Below, in pieces: positions 36,164 through 52,231 of a DNA stretch of 64,000 nt. The stretch lies in assembly GCF_041886205.1 (NCBI RefSeq), contig NZ_CP169029.1; one strand, given 5' to 3'. Below the pieces are notes generated by a model. That model saw nothing but the letters and a program-made list of their open reading frames with translations, ran no database searches and was not told the DNA's origin. A program made the translations under genes and the position numbers. This DNA is from Escherichia coli. Lineage in GTDB: Bacteria; Pseudomonadota; Gammaproteobacteria; Enterobacterales; Enterobacteriaceae. How positions within the stretch are numbered: position 1 is the stretch's first letter; each line of letters opens with the position of its first letter.

Positions 36164-37078
36164 ATGAAAGCCACGTCGGAAGAACTCGCCATTTTTGTTT
36201 CGGTCGTCGAAAGCGGCAGCTTTAGCCGGGCAGCGGAACAATTAGGGCAAGCAAACTCAGCGGTAAGCCGGGCGGTGAAAAAGCTGGAGATGAAACTTGG
36301 CGTTAGCCTGCTTAATCGGACCACGCGACAACTTAGCCTGACGGAAGAAGGCGAGCGTTATTTTCGTCGCGTACAGTCAATTTTGCAGGAGATGGCAGCG
36401 GCAGAATCAGAAATTATGGAGACGCGTAATACACCGCGTGGACTGTTACGGATCGATGCCGCAACTCCAGTGGTGCTGCACTTTCTAATGCCGTTAATTA
36501 AGCCTTTCCGTGAACGCTATCCGGAAGTCACTTTATCGCTAGTCTCCTCCGAAACGATTATTAATTTGATCGAAAGAAAAGTGGATGTCGCGATACGCGC
36601 CGGTACGTTAACGGATTCCAGCTTACGTGCCAGACCGTTATTTAACAGTTATCGAAAAATTATCGCCTCCCCCGATTATATTTCCCGCTACGGGAAGCCA
36701 GAAACGATCGACGATTTAAAGCAACATGTTTGCCTGGGATTCACTGAACCCGCTTCCCTCAATACCTGGCCGATAGCCTGTAGTGATGGACAATTACATG
36801 AGGTGAAGTACGGTTTGTCATCCAATAGTGGGGAAACACTGAAACAGCTTTGCCTGAGTGGCAACGGGATTGCGTGTTTGTCCGACTACATGATCGACAA
36901 AGAAATCGCTCGCGGAGAATTGGTGGAGTTAATGGCAGATAAAGTGTTGCCAGTGGAAATGCCATTCAGTGCAGTCTATTACAGCGACCGTGCGGTAAGT
37001 ACGCGCATCCGGGCTTTTATCGATTTCCTTAGCGAGCATGTAAAAACAGCTCCCGGAGGAGCTGTCAGAGAGGCTTAA
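36164..37078 (+). CDS. yafC: LysR-family transcriptional regulator YafC
   Basis: 304 aa; N-terminal HTH ([35 protein letters not shown]); divergent from yafD, convergent with dkgB. Confidence 0.92.
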   Translation: MKATSEELAIFVSVVESGSFSRAAEQLGQANSAVSRAVKKLEMKLGVSLLNRTTRQLSLTEEGERYFRRVQSILQEMAAAESEIMETRNTPRGLLRIDAATPVVLHFLMPLIKPFRERYPEVTLSLVSSETIINLIERKVDVAIRAGTLTDSSLRARPLFNSYRKIIASPDYISRYGKPETIDDLKQHVCLGFTEPASLNTWPIACSDGQLHEVKYGLSSNSGETLKQLCLSGNGIACLSDYMIDKEIARGELVELMADKVLPVEMPFSAVYYSDRAVSTRIRAFIDFLSEHVKTAPGGAVREA

Positions 37079-37878
37079 TCCCATTCAGGAGCCAGACCTT
37101 CCGGACTAACCAGGCGGTCGTTGCAATCCAGTGCGGCGATCGCTTTTTTATCTTCGACATCAAGCTGTAAATTTTGTGCCTTAAGATTACTCTCCAGGTT
37201 TTCACGTTTAGTAGAAGAAGGAATTACTGAGTAACCTTCCCCCATAGCCCACGCCAGAATCACTTGAGCCGGAGTCGCATTGTGTTTAGCTGCAATACGA
37301 GCAATAACCTCATCTTTCAGTGCCTTGCCATACGCCAGCGTCATATAGGAAGTAATATGGATGCCGTGCTGTTTAGCCCAAGCGACTACTTTACGGTTTT
37401 GCAGATAAGGAGAGAGTTCAATCTGGTTAGTAGCGATGTTTTCAGCGCCAACAGCAGCAATCGCTTTTTCCATCAACGGGATCGTGAAGTTGGAAATACC
37501 GATCTCACGCGTCAGCCCTTGTTTTTTGGCTTCCAGCAGCGCCTGCATAAACTCTTCAACAGAGACTTCATCGCTTGGTGACGGCCAGTGGATTAGCGTC
37601 AGATCAACATAATCGGTACGCAATTTTTGCAGGCTCTCTTTCAGACTCGGGATCAATTTGTCTTTGCTGAGATTTTCAATCCAGATTTTAGTGGTGATGT
37701 AGAGTTCATGACGTGGTACGCCACTTTCTGCAATCGCCTGACCTACTGCGGCTTCGTTATCATAGATTTGTGCGGTATCAATTGCGCGATAACCAAGTTC
37801 AAGCGCCGTTTTCACAGATGAAATAACAACGTCGTCTTTCAGACGGAAAGTACCTAAACCAAATGCAGGGATAGCCAT
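37075..37878 (-). CDS. dkgB: 2,5-diketo-D-gluconate reductase B (aldo-keto reductase)
   Basis: 267 aa; aldo-keto reductase family sequence ([16 protein letters not shown]...[10 protein letters not shown]). Confidence 0.93.
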   Translation of the reverse strand: MAIPAFGLGTFRLKDDVVISSVKTALELGYRAIDTAQIYDNEAAVGQAIAESGVPRHELYITTKIWIENLSKDKLIPSLKESLQKLRTDYVDLTLIHWPSPSDEVSVEEFMQALLEAKKQGLTREIGISNFTIPLMEKAIAAVGAENIATNQIELSPYLQNRKVVAWAKQHGIHITSYMTLAYGKALKDEVIARIAAKHNATPAQVILAWAMGEGYSVIPSSTKRENLESNLKAQNLQLDVEDKKAIAALDCNDRLVSPEGLAPEWD

Positions 37879-38000
37879 AATATGCCTCTTTTAATGCTAT
37901 TTTCGTTAACTGAGGTGATTATGGGCTTCAGACTGTTGCGGAAAAAGAGCGTAAAACGCAGAGGATTTTTGCGATTCTGGCAATAATAGATATCCAGACG

Positions 38001-38028
38001 AAAAAAAACCTCGAGCGTTAACTCGAGG
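38001..38028 (-). terminator. Rho-independent terminator at the end of the rrnH-aspU transcript
   Basis: Stem cctcgag / ctcgagg with 6 nt loop; followed on minus strand by a T-run (A-run 38001-38008 on plus). Confidence 0.7.
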
Positions 38029-38040
38029 CTTCTTAATAAG

Positions 38041-38117
38041 TGGCGGAACGGACGGGACTCGAACCCGCGACCCCCTGCGTGACAGGCAGGTATTCTAACC
38101 GACTGAACTACCGCTCC
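38041..38117 (-). tRNA. aspU: tRNA-Asp (GUC)
   Basis: 77 nt, identical in sequence to the aspV copy at 29817-29893; located just distal to 5S rRNA. Confidence 0.97.
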
Positions 38118-38169
38118 ACCGAATTCTTTTACAACCACCGGTTTTATGACCGGCTTAATGCTTAATTTG

Positions 38170-38289
38170 ATGCCTGGCAGTTCCCTACTCTCGCATGGGG
38201 AGACCCCACACTACCATCGGCGCTACGGCGTTTCACTTCTGAGTTCGGCATGGGGTCAGGTGGGACCACCGCGCTACGGCCGCCAGGCA
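38170..38289 (-). rRNA. rrfH: 5S ribosomal RNA
   Basis: Reverse complement matches E. coli 5S rRNA (TGCCTGGCGGCCGTAGCGCGGTGGTCCCACCTGACCCCATGCCGAACTCAG...GGAACTGCCAGGCAT). Confidence 0.97.
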
Positions 38290-38371
38290 AATTCTTTTTT
38301 ATCAGACCGCTTCTGCGTTCTGATTTAATCTGTATCAGGCTGAAAATCTTCTCTCATCCGCCAAAACACCT

Positions 38372-41285
<2,914 letters not shown>

Positions 41286-41468
41286 TCACAACCCGAAGAT
41301 GTTTCTTTCGATTCATCATCGTGTTGCGAAAATTTGAGAGACTCACGAACAACTTTCGTTGTTCAGTGTTTCAATTTTCAGCTTGATCCAGATTTTTAAA
41401 GAGCAAAACTTCGCAGTGAACCTTTGCAGGTACACTCTGAAGTATTTTTTATTTAATCACTACAGAGA

Positions 41469-41544
41469 TGGTGGAGCTATGCGGGATCGAACCGCAGACC
41501 TCCTGCGTGCAAAGCAGGCGCTCTCCCAGCTGAGCTATAGCCCC
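41469..41544 (-). tRNA. alaV: tRNA-Ala (UGC), 16S-23S spacer
   Basis: Reverse complement GGGGCTATAGCTCAGCTGGGAGAGCGCCTGCTTTGCACGCAGGAGGTCTGCGGTTCGATCCCGCATAGCTCCACCA. Confidence 0.97.
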
Positions 41545-41586
41545 ATAACATGTAGTTAAAACCTCTTCAAATTTGCGGTGCAAATT

Positions 41587-41663
<77 letters not shown>

Positions 41664-41731
41664 GTAGAGGTTTTACTGCTCATTTTCATCAGACAATCTG
41701 TGTGAGCACTGCAAAGTACGCTTCTTTAAGG

Positions 41732-43273
<1,542 letters not shown>

Positions 43274-43454
43274 AAAAGTTTGATGCTCAAAGAATTAAAC
43301 TTCGTAATGAATTACGTGTTCACTCTTGAGACTTGGTATTCATTTTTCGTCTTGCGACGTTAAGAATCCGTATCTTCGAGTGCCCACACAGATTGTCTGA
43401 TAAATTGTTAAAGAGCAGTTGCGACGCGGCTTTCAGCTCACTGTCGCGAGGTGG

Positions 43455-43640
43455 CGTATATTACGCTTTCCTCTTTCAGAGTCAACCCTGAATTTCAGGA
43501 TTTTTCTCTTCAACCGAACCGGCTGTTTGTGTGAAGTGATTCACATCCGCCGTGTCGATGGAGGCGCATTATAGGGAGTCGTCTCAGGAAGACAAGTGGA
43601 AAAATGCATTTTTATTTCAATCGCTCATCTTTTAATCATT
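43455..43640 (-). promoter_or_regulatory. rrnH tandem promoters P1 and P2 with AT-rich UP element
   Basis: Minus strand: P1 ttgtct-16 nt-tataat (-35 at 43590-43595, -10 at 43568-43573) preceded by an AT-rich UP element; P2 ttgact-16 nt-taatat (-35 at 43480-43485, -10 at 43458-43463); matches the classical rrn P1/P2 layout. Confidence 0.75.
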
Positions 43641-44211
43641 ATGCCGGTTTTTGCTGCTTTTTTATCGCTTGCGGCAGGTCTGCCAGGCTATTTAACACCC
43701 AATCCGCCGCGTTTTCTGCTTCAGGCGTAATAGGTTTACCCGTACGCACCAGCACTTTTGTTCCCACGTTCGCCGCAGCCGCTGCCTGCATATCTTCTAA
43801 TTTATCGCCCACCATATAAGAAGCGGCCATATCAATATGCAAATAATCGCGTGCTGACAAAAGCATCCCCGGATGTGGTTTACGGCAGTCGCAGACCTGG
43901 CGAAACTCTTCAACACTACCCTGCGGATGATGCGGGCAATAATAGATACCATCCAGATCGACATCTCGGTCCGCCAGCGACCAGTCCATCCACTCGGTCA
44001 GCGTTTCAAACTGTGCTTCGGTAAATTTACCGCGAGCAATGCCAGACTGGTTGGTTACTACCACCAGCGCAAAGCCCATTTTTTTTAGCTCGCGCATGGC
44101 GTCAATAACACCGTCGATAAATTCAAAGTTGTCGATCTCATGGACATAGCCGTGATCGACATTAATGGTGCCATCACGGTCAAGAAAAATTGCGGGTACG
44201 CTCTTTGCCAC
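43639..44211 (-). CDS. gmhB: D-glycero-beta-D-manno-heptose-1,7-bisphosphate 7-phosphatase
   Basis: 190 aa ORF; HAD-phosphatase motif FLDRDGTIN; synteny between rrnH and metN. Confidence 0.93.
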   Translation of the reverse strand: MAKSVPAIFLDRDGTINVDHGYVHEIDNFEFIDGVIDAMRELKKMGFALVVVTNQSGIARGKFTEAQFETLTEWMDWSLADRDVDLDGIYYCPHHPQGSVEEFRQVCDCRKPHPGMLLSARDYLHIDMAASYMVGDKLEDMQAAAAANVGTKVLVRTGKPITPEAENAADWVLNSLADLPQAIKKQQKPA

Positions 44212-44398
44212 CTTTTATAGCTCCTTAATAAGGCATGTGACGCTAGTATCGCATGTTTCGACCTGCAAGAAAGTGCTCTTCGCATAAACCTGATTGATTT
44301 AGACGTCTGGATGCCTTAACATCCATTTCATTGACGGCGTTGCCCGTTTCAGGCATTCGAGATGCCACGACTAACTTAATGACGATAATAAATAATCA

Positions 44399-45430
44399 AT
44401 GATAAAACTTTCGAATATCACCAAAGTGTTCCACCAGGGCACCCGCACCATCCAGGCGTTGAACAACGTCAGCCTGCATGTGCCAGCTGGACAAATTTAT
44501 GGCGTTATCGGTGCCTCAGGCGCGGGTAAGAGTACGCTTATACGTTGTGTAAACCTGCTGGAGCGCCCAACCGAGGGTAGCGTGCTGGTCGATGGCCAGG
44601 AACTGACCACGCTGTCAGAATCCGAGTTGACCAAAGCTCGCCGCCAGATTGGTATGATTTTCCAGCATTTTAACCTGCTCTCTTCGCGTACTGTTTTTGG
44701 CAACGTGGCTCTGCCGCTGGAGCTGGACAACACACCGAAAGACGAGATCAAACGTCGCGTGACGGAATTGCTGTCATTGGTTGGTCTTGGCGATAAGCAT
44801 GATAGCTACCCATCGAATCTTTCCGGTGGGCAGAAACAGCGTGTGGCGATTGCCCGTGCGTTAGCCAGCAATCCCAAAGTATTGCTGTGTGATGAAGCCA
44901 CCAGCGCGCTGGACCCGGCAACGACACGTTCTATTCTCGAGCTGCTGAAAGACATTAACCGCCGTCTGGGTTTGACGATTCTGTTGATCACCCACGAAAT
45001 GGACGTTGTAAAGCGTATTTGTGATTGCGTGGCGGTCATCAGCAATGGCGAACTGATCGAGCAGGACACGGTAAGTGAAGTGTTTTCGCATCCGAAAACG
45101 CCGTTGGCGCAGAAGTTTATTCAGTCGACCCTGCATCTGGATATCCCGGAAGATTACCAGGAACGTCTGCAAGCGGAGCCATTCACTGACTGCGTGCCGA
45201 TGCTGCGTCTGGAGTTTACCGGTCAGTCGGTCGATGCCCCACTGCTTTCTGAAACCGCGCGTCGTTTCAACGTCAACAACAACATTATTAGCGCGCAGAT
45301 GGACTACGCCGGTGGCGTTAAGTTCGGCATCATGCTGACTGAAATGCACGGCACACAACAAGATACGCAAGCCGCCATTGCCTGGCTGCAGGAACACCAT
45401 GTAAAAGTAGAGGTACTGGGTTATGTCTGA
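44399..45430 (+). CDS. metN: Methionine ABC transporter ATP-binding protein
   Basis: 343 aa; Walker [13 protein letters not shown] signature LSGGQKQR; synteny. Confidence 0.95.
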
Positions 45431-46076
45431 GCCGATGATGTGGCTGCTGGTTCGTGGCGTATGGGAAACGCTGGCAATGACCTTCGTATCCGGTTTTTTT
45501 GGCTTTGTGATTGGTCTGCCGGTTGGCGTTCTGCTTTATGTCACGCGTCCGGGGCAAATTATTGCTAACGCGAAGCTGTATCGTACCGTTTCTGCAATTG
45601 TGAACATTTTCCGTTCCATCCCGTTCATTATCTTGCTGGTATGGATGATTCCGTTTACCCGAGTTATTGTCGGTACATCGATTGGTTTGCAGGCAGCGAT
45701 TGTTCCGTTAACCGTTGGCGCAGCGCCGTTTATTGCCCGTATGGTCGAGAACGCTCTTCTGGAGATCCCAACCGGGTTAATTGAAGCTTCCCGCGCAATG
45801 GGTGCCACGCCAATGCAGATCGTCCGTAAAGTGCTGTTACCGGAAGCGTTGCCGGGTCTGGTGAATGCGGCAACTATCACCCTGATTACCCTAGTCGGTT
45901 ATTCCGCGATGGGTGGTGCAGTCGGTGCCGGTGGTTTAGGTCAGATTGGCTATCAGTATGGCTACATCGGCTACAACGCGACGGTGATGAATACGGTACT
46001 GGTATTGCTGGTCATTCTGGTTTATTTAATTCAGTTCGCAGGCGACCGCATCGTCCGGGCTGTCACTCGCAAGTAA
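45423..46076 (+). CDS. metI: Methionine ABC transporter permease
   Basis: 217 aa polytopic membrane protein; overlaps metN stop; synteny. Confidence 0.95.
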
Positions 46077-46115
46077 CGTTCAACACAACATAAATAATTG
46101 AAGAAGGAATAAGGT

Positions 46116-46931
46116 ATGGCGTTCAAATTCAAAACCTTTGCGGCAGTGGGAGCCCTGATTGGATCACTGGCACTGGTAGGCTGCGGTCAGGATGAAAAAG
46201 ATCCAAACCACATTAAAGTCGGCGTGATTGTTGGTGCCGAACAGCAGGTTGCAGAAGTCGCGCAGAAAGTTGCGAAAGACAAATATGGCCTGGACGTTGA
46301 GCTGGTAACCTTCAACGACTATGTTCTGCCAAACGAAGCATTGAGCAAAGGCGATATCGACGCCAACGCCTTCCAGCATAAACCGTACCTTGATCAGCAA
46401 CTGAAAGATCGTGGCTACAAACTGGTCGCAGTAGGCAACACTTTTGTTTATCCGATTGCTGGTTACTCCAAGAAAATCAAATCACTGGATGAACTGCAGG
46501 ATGGTTCGCAGGTTGCCGTGCCAAACGACCCAACTAACCTTGGTCGTTCACTGCTGCTGCTGCAAAAAGTGGGCTTGATCAAACTGAAAGATGGCGTTGG
46601 CCTGCTGCCGACCGTTCTTGATGTTGTTGAGAACCCCAAAAATCTGAAAATTGTTGAACTGGAAGCACCGCAACTGCCGCGTTCTCTGGACGACGCGCAA
46701 ATCGCTCTGGCAGTTATCAATACCACCTATGCCAGCCAGATTGGCCTGACTCCGGCGAAAGACGGTATCTTTGTTGAAGATAAAGAGTCCCCGTACGTAA
46801 ACCTGATCGTGACGCGTGAAGATAACAAAGACGCCGAGAACGTGAAGAAATTCGTCCAGGCTTATCAGTCTGACGAAGTTTACGAAGCAGCAAACAAAGT
46901 GTTTAACGGCGGAGCTGTTAAAGGCTGGTAA
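46116..46931 (+). CDS. metQ: Methionine-binding lipoprotein (ABC transporter substrate-binding)
   Basis: 271 aa; lipoprotein signal (LALVGC); synteny. Confidence 0.95.
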   Translation: MAFKFKTFAAVGALIGSLALVGCGQDEKDPNHIKVGVIVGAEQQVAEVAQKVAKDKYGLDVELVTFNDYVLPNEALSKGDIDANAFQHKPYLDQQLKDRGYKLVAVGNTFVYPIAGYSKKIKSLDELQDGSQVAVPNDPTNLGRSLLLLQKVGLIKLKDGVGLLPTVLDVVENPKNLKIVELEAPQLPRSLDDAQIALAVINTTYASQIGLTPAKDGIFVEDKESPYVNLIVTREDNKDAENVKKFVQAYQSDEVYEAANKVFNGGAVKGW

Positions 46932-47048
46932 TTTTTAGGCTGTTTCCACAATTTGTAATATCATTCAGGACGGGCGCTTGCCCGTCTTGTCATTTTTACA
47001 AGCTCCTGATTCAATATTGACGTTTTGATCATACATTGAGGAAATACT

Positions 47049-47453
47049 ATGCGTGCTTTACCGATCTGTTTAGTAGCACTCATGCTAAGCGGCTGTTCCA
47101 TGTTAAGCAGATCCCCTGTCGAACCCGTTCAAAGCACTGCACCCCAGCCGAAAGCGGAGCCTGCAAAACCGAAAGCGCCGCGCGCCACGCCGGTCCGAAT
47201 TTATACCAATGCAGAAGAATTAGTCGGCAAACCGTTCCGCGATCTCGGTGAAGTCAGTGGCGACTCTTGCCAGGCCTCTAATCAGGACTCTCCGCCGAGC
47301 ATTCCAACCGCACGTAAGCGGATGCAAATCAACGCCTCTAAAATGAAAGCCAATGCTGTATTACTGCATAGCTGCGAAGTCACCAGCGGTACGCCAGGCT
47401 GCTATCGTCAGGCTGTATGTATCGGTTCTGCGCTTAACATTACGGCGAAATGA
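47049..47453 (+). CDS. rcsF: Outer-membrane lipoprotein RcsF (Rcs phosphorelay sensor)
   Basis: 134 aa; lipobox (LMLSGC); synteny metQ-rcsF-tsaA. Confidence 0.93.
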   Translation: MRALPICLVALMLSGCSMLSRSPVEPVQSTAPQPKAEPAKPKAPRATPVRIYTNAEELVGKPFRDLGEVSGDSCQASNQDSPPSIPTARKRMQINASKMKANAVLLHSCEVTSGTPGCYRQAVCIGSALNITAK

Positions 47454-48157
47454 GCAGTTTCCAGTTCGAGCAAATAGGCGTTATTCGCTCGCCCTATAAA
47501 GAAAAGTTCGCCGTTCCGCGCCAGCCAGGTCTGGTAAAAAGCGCCAACGGCGAACTGCATCTCATTGCTCCCTACAACCAGGCCGACGCCGTTCGCGGCT
47601 TGGAAGCGTTCAGCCATTTATGGATCCTTTTCGTCTTTCATCAAACGATGGTAGGCGGCTGGCGTCCGACTGTGCGTCCACCGCGCCTCGGCGGTAACGC
47701 CAGAATGGGGGTTTTCGCAACACGCTCTACTTTCCGCCCTAACCCAATTGGCATGTCGCTGGTAGAGCTGAAAGAGGTTGTTTGCCATAAAGACAGCGTG
47801 ATTCTGAAGCTCGGCAGTCTGGATCTGGTCGATGGTACGCCGGTAGTGGATATCAAACCGTATCTCCCCTTTGCCGAATCGCTTCCCGATGCCAGTGCCA
47901 GCTATGCGCAAAGTGCGCCAGCTGCAGAGATGGCGGTGAGTTTTACCGCAGAGGTCGAAAAGCAGCTTTTGACGCTGGAGAAGCGTTATCCGCAGTTAAC
48001 GCTGTTTATCCGCGAAGTACTGGCGCAGGACCCGCGCCCGGCCTATCGTAAAGGTGAGGAAACGGGCAAAACCTATGCCGTCTGGCTACATGATTTTAAC
48101 GTTCGCTGGCGCGTCACCGACGCAGGTTTTGAAGTCTTTGCGCTGGAACCGCGTTAA
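47450..48157 (+). CDS. tsaA: tRNA (adenine37-N6)-methyltransferase TsaA (YaeB)
   Basis: 235 aa; overlaps rcsF stop; synteny. Confidence 0.9.
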   Translation: MSSFQFEQIGVIRSPYKEKFAVPRQPGLVKSANGELHLIAPYNQADAVRGLEAFSHLWILFVFHQTMVGGWRPTVRPPRLGGNARMGVFATRSTFRPNPIGMSLVELKEVVCHKDSVILKLGSLDLVDGTPVVDIKPYLPFAESLPDASASYAQSAPAAEMAVSFTAEVEKQLLTLEKRYPQLTLFIREVLAQDPRPAYRKGEETGKTYAVWLHDFNVRWRVTDAGFEVFALEPR

Positions 48158-48268
48158 ATTCACGCCCTTCTCTTTTGACATTTCTTTTGCACTGGTAAAC
48201 TAAATCACTTTTTTTTGTCCCAGGCTCGCCTTGAGCCTGTTCTACCTTCCAACTGGAACCGTAACAAC

Positions 48269-49987
48269 ATGCGTACTAGCCAATACCTGCTCTCCACTCT
48301 CAAGGAGACACCTGCCGACGCCGAGGTGATCAGCCATCAGCTGATGCTGCGCGCCGGGATGATCCGCAAGCTGGCCTCCGGGTTATATACCTGGCTGCCG
48401 ACCGGCGTGCGCGTTCTGAAAAAAGTCGAAAACATCGTGCGTGAAGAGATGAACAACGCCGGTGCGATCGAGGTGTCGATGCCGGTGGTTCAGCCAGCCG
48501 ATTTGTGGCAAGAGAGTGGTCGTTGGGAACAGTACGGTCCGGAACTGCTGCGTTTTGTTGACCGTGGCGAGCGTCCGTTCGTACTCGGCCCAACTCATGA
48601 AGAAGTTATCACTGACCTGATTCGTAACGAGCTTAGCTCTTACAAACAGCTGCCGCTGAACTTCTATCAGATCCAGACCAAGTTCCGCGACGAAGTGCGT
48701 CCGCGTTTCGGCGTCATGCGTTCCCGCGAATTCCTGATGAAAGATGCTTACTCTTTCCATACTTCTCAGGAATCCCTGCAGGAAACCTACGATGCAATGT
48801 ATGCGGCCTACAGCAAAATCTTCAGCCGCATGGGGCTGGATTTCCGCGCCGTACAAGCCGACACCGGTTCTATCGGCGGCAGCGCCTCTCACGAATTCCA
48901 AGTGCTGGCGCAGAGCGGTGAAGACGATGTGGTCTTCTCCGACACCTCTGACTATGCAGCGAACATTGAACTGGCAGAAGCTATCGCGCCGAAAGAACCG
49001 CGCGCTGCTGCTACCCAGGAAATGACGCTGGTTGATACGCCGAACGCGAAAACCATCGCGGAACTGGTTGAACAGTTCAATCTGCCGATTGAGAAAACGG
49101 TTAAGACTCTGCTGGTTAAAGCGGTTGAAGGCAGCAGCTTCCCGCTGGTTGCGCTGCTGGTGCGCGGTGATCACGAGCTGAACGAAGTTAAAGCAGAAAA
49201 ACTGCCGCAGGTTGCAAGCCCGCTGACTTTCGCGACCGAAGAAGAAATTCGTGCCGTGGTTAAAGCCGGTCCGGGTTCACTGGGTCCGGTAAACATGCCG
49301 ATTCCGGTGGTGATTGACCGTACCGTTGCGGCGATGAGTGATTTCGCTGCTGGTGCTAACATCGATGGTAAACACTACTTCGGTATCAACTGGGATCGCG
49401 ATGTCGCTACCCCGGAAGTTGCGGATATCCGTAACGTGGTGGCTGGCGATCCAAGCCCGGATGGCCAGGGTACGCTGCTGATCAAACGCGGTATCGAAGT
49501 TGGTCACATCTTCCAGCTGGGTACCAAGTACTCCGAAGCACTGAAAGCCTCCGTACAGGGTGAAGATGGCCGTAACCAAATCCTGACGATGGGTTGCTAC
49601 GGTATCGGGGTAACGCGTGTGGTAGCTGCGGCGATTGAGCAGAACTACGACGAACGCGGCATCGTATGGCCTGACGCTATCGCGCCGTTCCAGGTGGCGA
49701 TTCTGCCGATGAACATGCACAAATCCTTCCGCGTACAAGAGCTTGCTGAGAAACTGTACAGCGAACTGCGCGCGCAAGGTATCGAAGTGCTGCTGGATGA
49801 CCGCAAAGAGCGTCCGGGCGTGATGTTTGCTGATATGGAACTGATCGGTATTCCGCACACTGTTGTGCTGGGCGACCGTAACCTCGACAACGACGATATC
49901 GAATATAAATATCGTCGCAACGGCGAGAAACAGTTAATTAAGACTGGTGACATCGTCGAATATCTGGTGAAACAGATTAAAGGCTGA
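48269..49987 (+). CDS. proS: Prolyl-tRNA synthetase
   Basis: 572 aa from [20 protein letters not shown]...; the 590 aa ORF-track version uses an upstream in-frame ATG judged less likely. Confidence 0.95.
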   Translation: MRTSQYLLSTLKETPADAEVISHQLMLRAGMIRKLASGLYTWLPTGVRVLKKVENIVREEMNNAGAIEVSMPVVQPADLWQESGRWEQYGPELLRFVDRGERPFVLGPTHEEVITDLIRNELSSYKQLPLNFYQIQTKFRDEVRPRFGVMRSREFLMKDAYSFHTSQESLQETYDAMYAAYSKIFSRMGLDFRAVQADTGSIGGSASHEFQVLAQSGEDDVVFSDTSDYAANIELAEAIAPKEPRAAATQEMTLVDTPNAKTIAELVEQFNLPIEKTVKTLLVKAVEGSSFPLVALLVRGDHELNEVKAEKLPQVASPLTFATEEEIRAVVKAGPGSLGPVNMPIPVVIDRTVAAMSDFAAGANIDGKHYFGINWDRDVATPEVADIRNVVAGDPSPDGQGTLLIKRGIEVGHIFQLGTKYSEALKASVQGEDGRNQILTMGCYGIGVTRVVAAAIEQNYDERGIVWPDAIAPFQVAILPMNMHKSFRVQELAEKLYSELRAQGIEVLLDDRKERPGVMFADMELIGIPHTVVLGDRNLDNDDIEYKYRRNGEKQLIKTGDIVEYLVKQIKG

Positions 49988-49994
49988 TGCCAGA

Positions 49995-50024
49995 AAGGGT
50001 CCTGAATTTCAGGGCCCTTTTTTT
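49995..50024 (+). terminator. Rho-independent terminator after proS
   Basis: Imperfect stem gggtcctgaa / ttcagggccc followed by T7 run. Confidence 0.6.
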
Positions 50025-50040
50025 ACATGGATTGTATAAA

Positions 50041-50865
50041 ATGGATAAACCAAAGGCGTACTGCCGCCTGTTTCTCCCCAGCTTTCTTTTACTTTCGGCC
50101 TGTACCGTTGATATCAGCCAGCCAGACTCATCAGCCACGGCGGTAGATGCCGAGGCGAAAACATGGGCTGTCAAATTCCAGCATCAAAGCTCTTTCACCG
50201 AACAATCAATAAAAGAAATAACGGTACCTGATCTCAAACCCGGCGATTTGCTGTTCTCCTCAAGCCTTGGGGTAACCTCATTTGGAATCCGCGTCTTCAG
50301 CACTTCCTCTGTGAGTCACGTTGCAATCTATCTGGGTGATAATAACGTTGCAGAAGCGACAGGCGCTGGCGTCCAGATCGTTTCCCTTAAAAAAGCGATG
50401 AAGCATAGTGATAAGCTTTTCGTCTTACGAGTCCCGGATCTTACCCCGCAACAAGCCACAGATATCACCGCGTTTGCCAATAAAATCAAAGATAGCGGTT
50501 ATAACTATCGCGGCATTGTCGAATTTATTCCCTTTATGGTGACTCGCCAGATGTGCTCACTGAATCCGTTCTCCGAGGATTTTCGCCAACAGTGCGTCAG
50601 CGGCCTGGCGAAAGCGCAGTTAAGCAGTGTGGGCGAAGGAGACAAAAAGTCGTGGTTTTGTTCGGAATTTGTCACTGATGCATTTGCCAAAGCCGGGCAT
50701 CCGCTTACGCTGGCGCAATCAGGCTGGATTAGCCCTGCCGATCTGATGCATATGCGTACTGGCGATGTCTCTGCGTTTAAGCCAGAAACGCAGTTACAGT
50801 ATGTTGGGCACCTGAAGCCAGGGATTTATATCAAGGCGGGTCGCTTTGTTGGTTTGACCCGGTGA
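50041..50865 (+). CDS. yaeF: Lipoprotein YaeF (NlpC/P60-like peptidase family)
   Basis: Start chosen at MDKPKAYCRLFLPSFLLLSAC (lipobox) giving 274 aa; synteny after proS. Confidence 0.85.
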   Translation: MDKPKAYCRLFLPSFLLLSACTVDISQPDSSATAVDAEAKTWAVKFQHQSSFTEQSIKEITVPDLKPGDLLFSSSLGVTSFGIRVFSTSSVSHVAIYLGDNNVAEATGAGVQIVSLKKAMKHSDKLFVLRVPDLTPQQATDITAFANKIKDSGYNYRGIVEFIPFMVTRQMCSLNPFSEDFRQQCVSGLAKAQLSSVGEGDKKSWFCSEFVTDAFAKAGHPLTLAQSGWISPADLMHMRTGDVSAFKPETQLQYVGHLKPGIYIKAGRFVGLTR

Positions 50866-50895
50866 TAAAAACAAGCCTCAGAGTGTTTATATAAA

Positions 50896-51010
50896 TGCCT
50901 TATCCGCCTTAAGGTATGAGGGGGTTGTAGGCATGATAAGACGCGTCAGCGTCGCATCAGGCGTTGAGCGCCATTGCCGGATGCGGCGTGAACGCCTTAT
51001 CCGGCCTACG
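50896..51010. repeat. REP/BIME repetitive extragenic palindromic elements
   Basis: Imperfect palindromic units such as gccggatgcggcgtgaacgccttatccggcctac and tgccttatccgccttaagg...gacgcgtcagcgtcgcatcaggcg between yaeF and nlpE. Confidence 0.8.
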
Positions 51011-51084
51011 AAAAGCGTGTAAAATCAAAATGTTGAGATACATCCTTCTAGCCTGTTTTGCGTTTTTTTCTGCCTTAAGCAGGT

Positions 51085-51795
51085 TTACTGCCCCAAACTA
51101 CTGCAATCCTGGTTTGGGTAAAATTTCCCTACCGTATCGGGTGCCAATACTTTAGTCGGCGCACCGGTATCCGGATTAGCTTCAAGCGTAAAGTGACCTT
51201 CTACTGACAGTAACACCGGTTTTTCACTGTGGCCGCGCGCAGCCAGGTAGCCACGCTCCAGCTCTGCGTTATTCGCTACCATGAAACGTTTTCCGGTCGC
51301 GCAATCAGTGAAGGTCGCCGCATCAGCCATATAAAAATACATGCCCCGCAGGGTCATCGGCGTCAGGGGTAAACTGGATTGTGCCGGTTCCAGCGTATAG
51401 TTGAACTGCGATTCAATCGGATTGCCTTCACGATCGAGCATCTCCAGCGCATCGCCTTTCGCCCGATAATATGACTTTTCACCTTTGCTGTCGGTTAATA
51501 CCAGCTTGTCAGCGGTTCGCGCCCATGTACCGTAGGAAGCGAAGGAGGAAGGTTCTTCACGAGCACCAAGATAACGCTCATTCATCACCCATGTTCCGTC
51601 TTTTTCGAGGAACAGAGAGGTTTCGATTCCTTCGCAATCGGCACACGGTAGCACGCCGCGCCAACTTTGCGGCATCGGTTTCAGTTCGGCAGCCTGCGCC
51701 GGAGAAAGCGTATCGACTTCGGCCCGATTATTACATCCCATCAGAGTAAAAAGGCTGATTACAGCCATCGCTGTCACTATCGCTTTTTTCACCAT
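51085..51795 (-). CDS. nlpE: Outer-membrane lipoprotein NlpE (Cpx pathway activator)
   Basis: 236 aa; lipobox (LMGC) and CXXC motif (LPCADCEG); synteny. Confidence 0.93.
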   Translation of the reverse strand: MVKKAIVTAMAVISLFTLMGCNNRAEVDTLSPAQAAELKPMPQSWRGVLPCADCEGIETSLFLEKDGTWVMNERYLGAREEPSSFASYGTWARTADKLVLTDSKGEKSYYRAKGDALEMLDREGNPIESQFNYTLEPAQSSLPLTPMTLRGMYFYMADAATFTDCATGKRFMVANNAELERGYLAARGHSEKPVLLSVEGHFTLEANPDTGAPTKVLAPDTVGKFYPNQDCSSLGQ

Positions 51796-51808
51796 CCATT
51801 CCTTCTTT

Positions 51809-52231
51809 TTATTCCCGACCGCTGCGTACTTTGCCGCGCATCGCCTTCACGCTTGATTTTTGTGCTTTCGATGCCAGCCTGCGCTCTTTCGATGCACGGG
51901 TGGGCCGCGTGGGTCGTCGGGCTTTTTGTTCTTTTGTTAAATCTTTAATCACTGCCACCAGCCGGGCCAGAGCGGCTTCGCGGTTCAGTTCCTGACTGCG
52001 GTATTCCTGTGCCTTAATGACAATCACGCCATCACTGCTGATCAAATGATGGCTGGCGGCGAGCAGACGCTCTTTGTAATACTCTGGCAGGCTGGACGCC
52101 CGAATGTCAAAACGCAGATGAATAGCCGTTGAGGTCTTATTAACATGCTGCCCGCCAGCGCCCTGCGCACGAATGGCGGTGATCTCAAGCTCACCATCGG
52201 GAATAGCAACATGTCGGGAAATCACAATCAT
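51809..52231 (-). CDS. arfB: Peptidyl-tRNA hydrolase ArfB (YaeJ), ribosome rescue factor
   Basis: 140 aa; GGQ motif ([10 protein letters not shown]); synteny. Confidence 0.93.
   Translation of the reverse strand: MIVISRHVAIPDGELEITAIRAQGAGGQHVNKTSTAIHLRFDIRASSLPEYYKERLLAASHHLISSDGVIVIKAQEYRSQELNREAALARLVAVIKDLTKEQKARRPTRPTRASKERRLASKAQKSSVKAMRGKVRSGRE

Noticed and set aside
48215-48268. Upstream in-frame extension of proS (MSQARLEP...)
   Set aside because: The start at MRTSQYLL gives the canonical 572 aa product; the extension lacks conservation support
48383-49174. 263 aa minus-strand ORF
   Set aside because: Antisense within proS, which is intact and highly conserved
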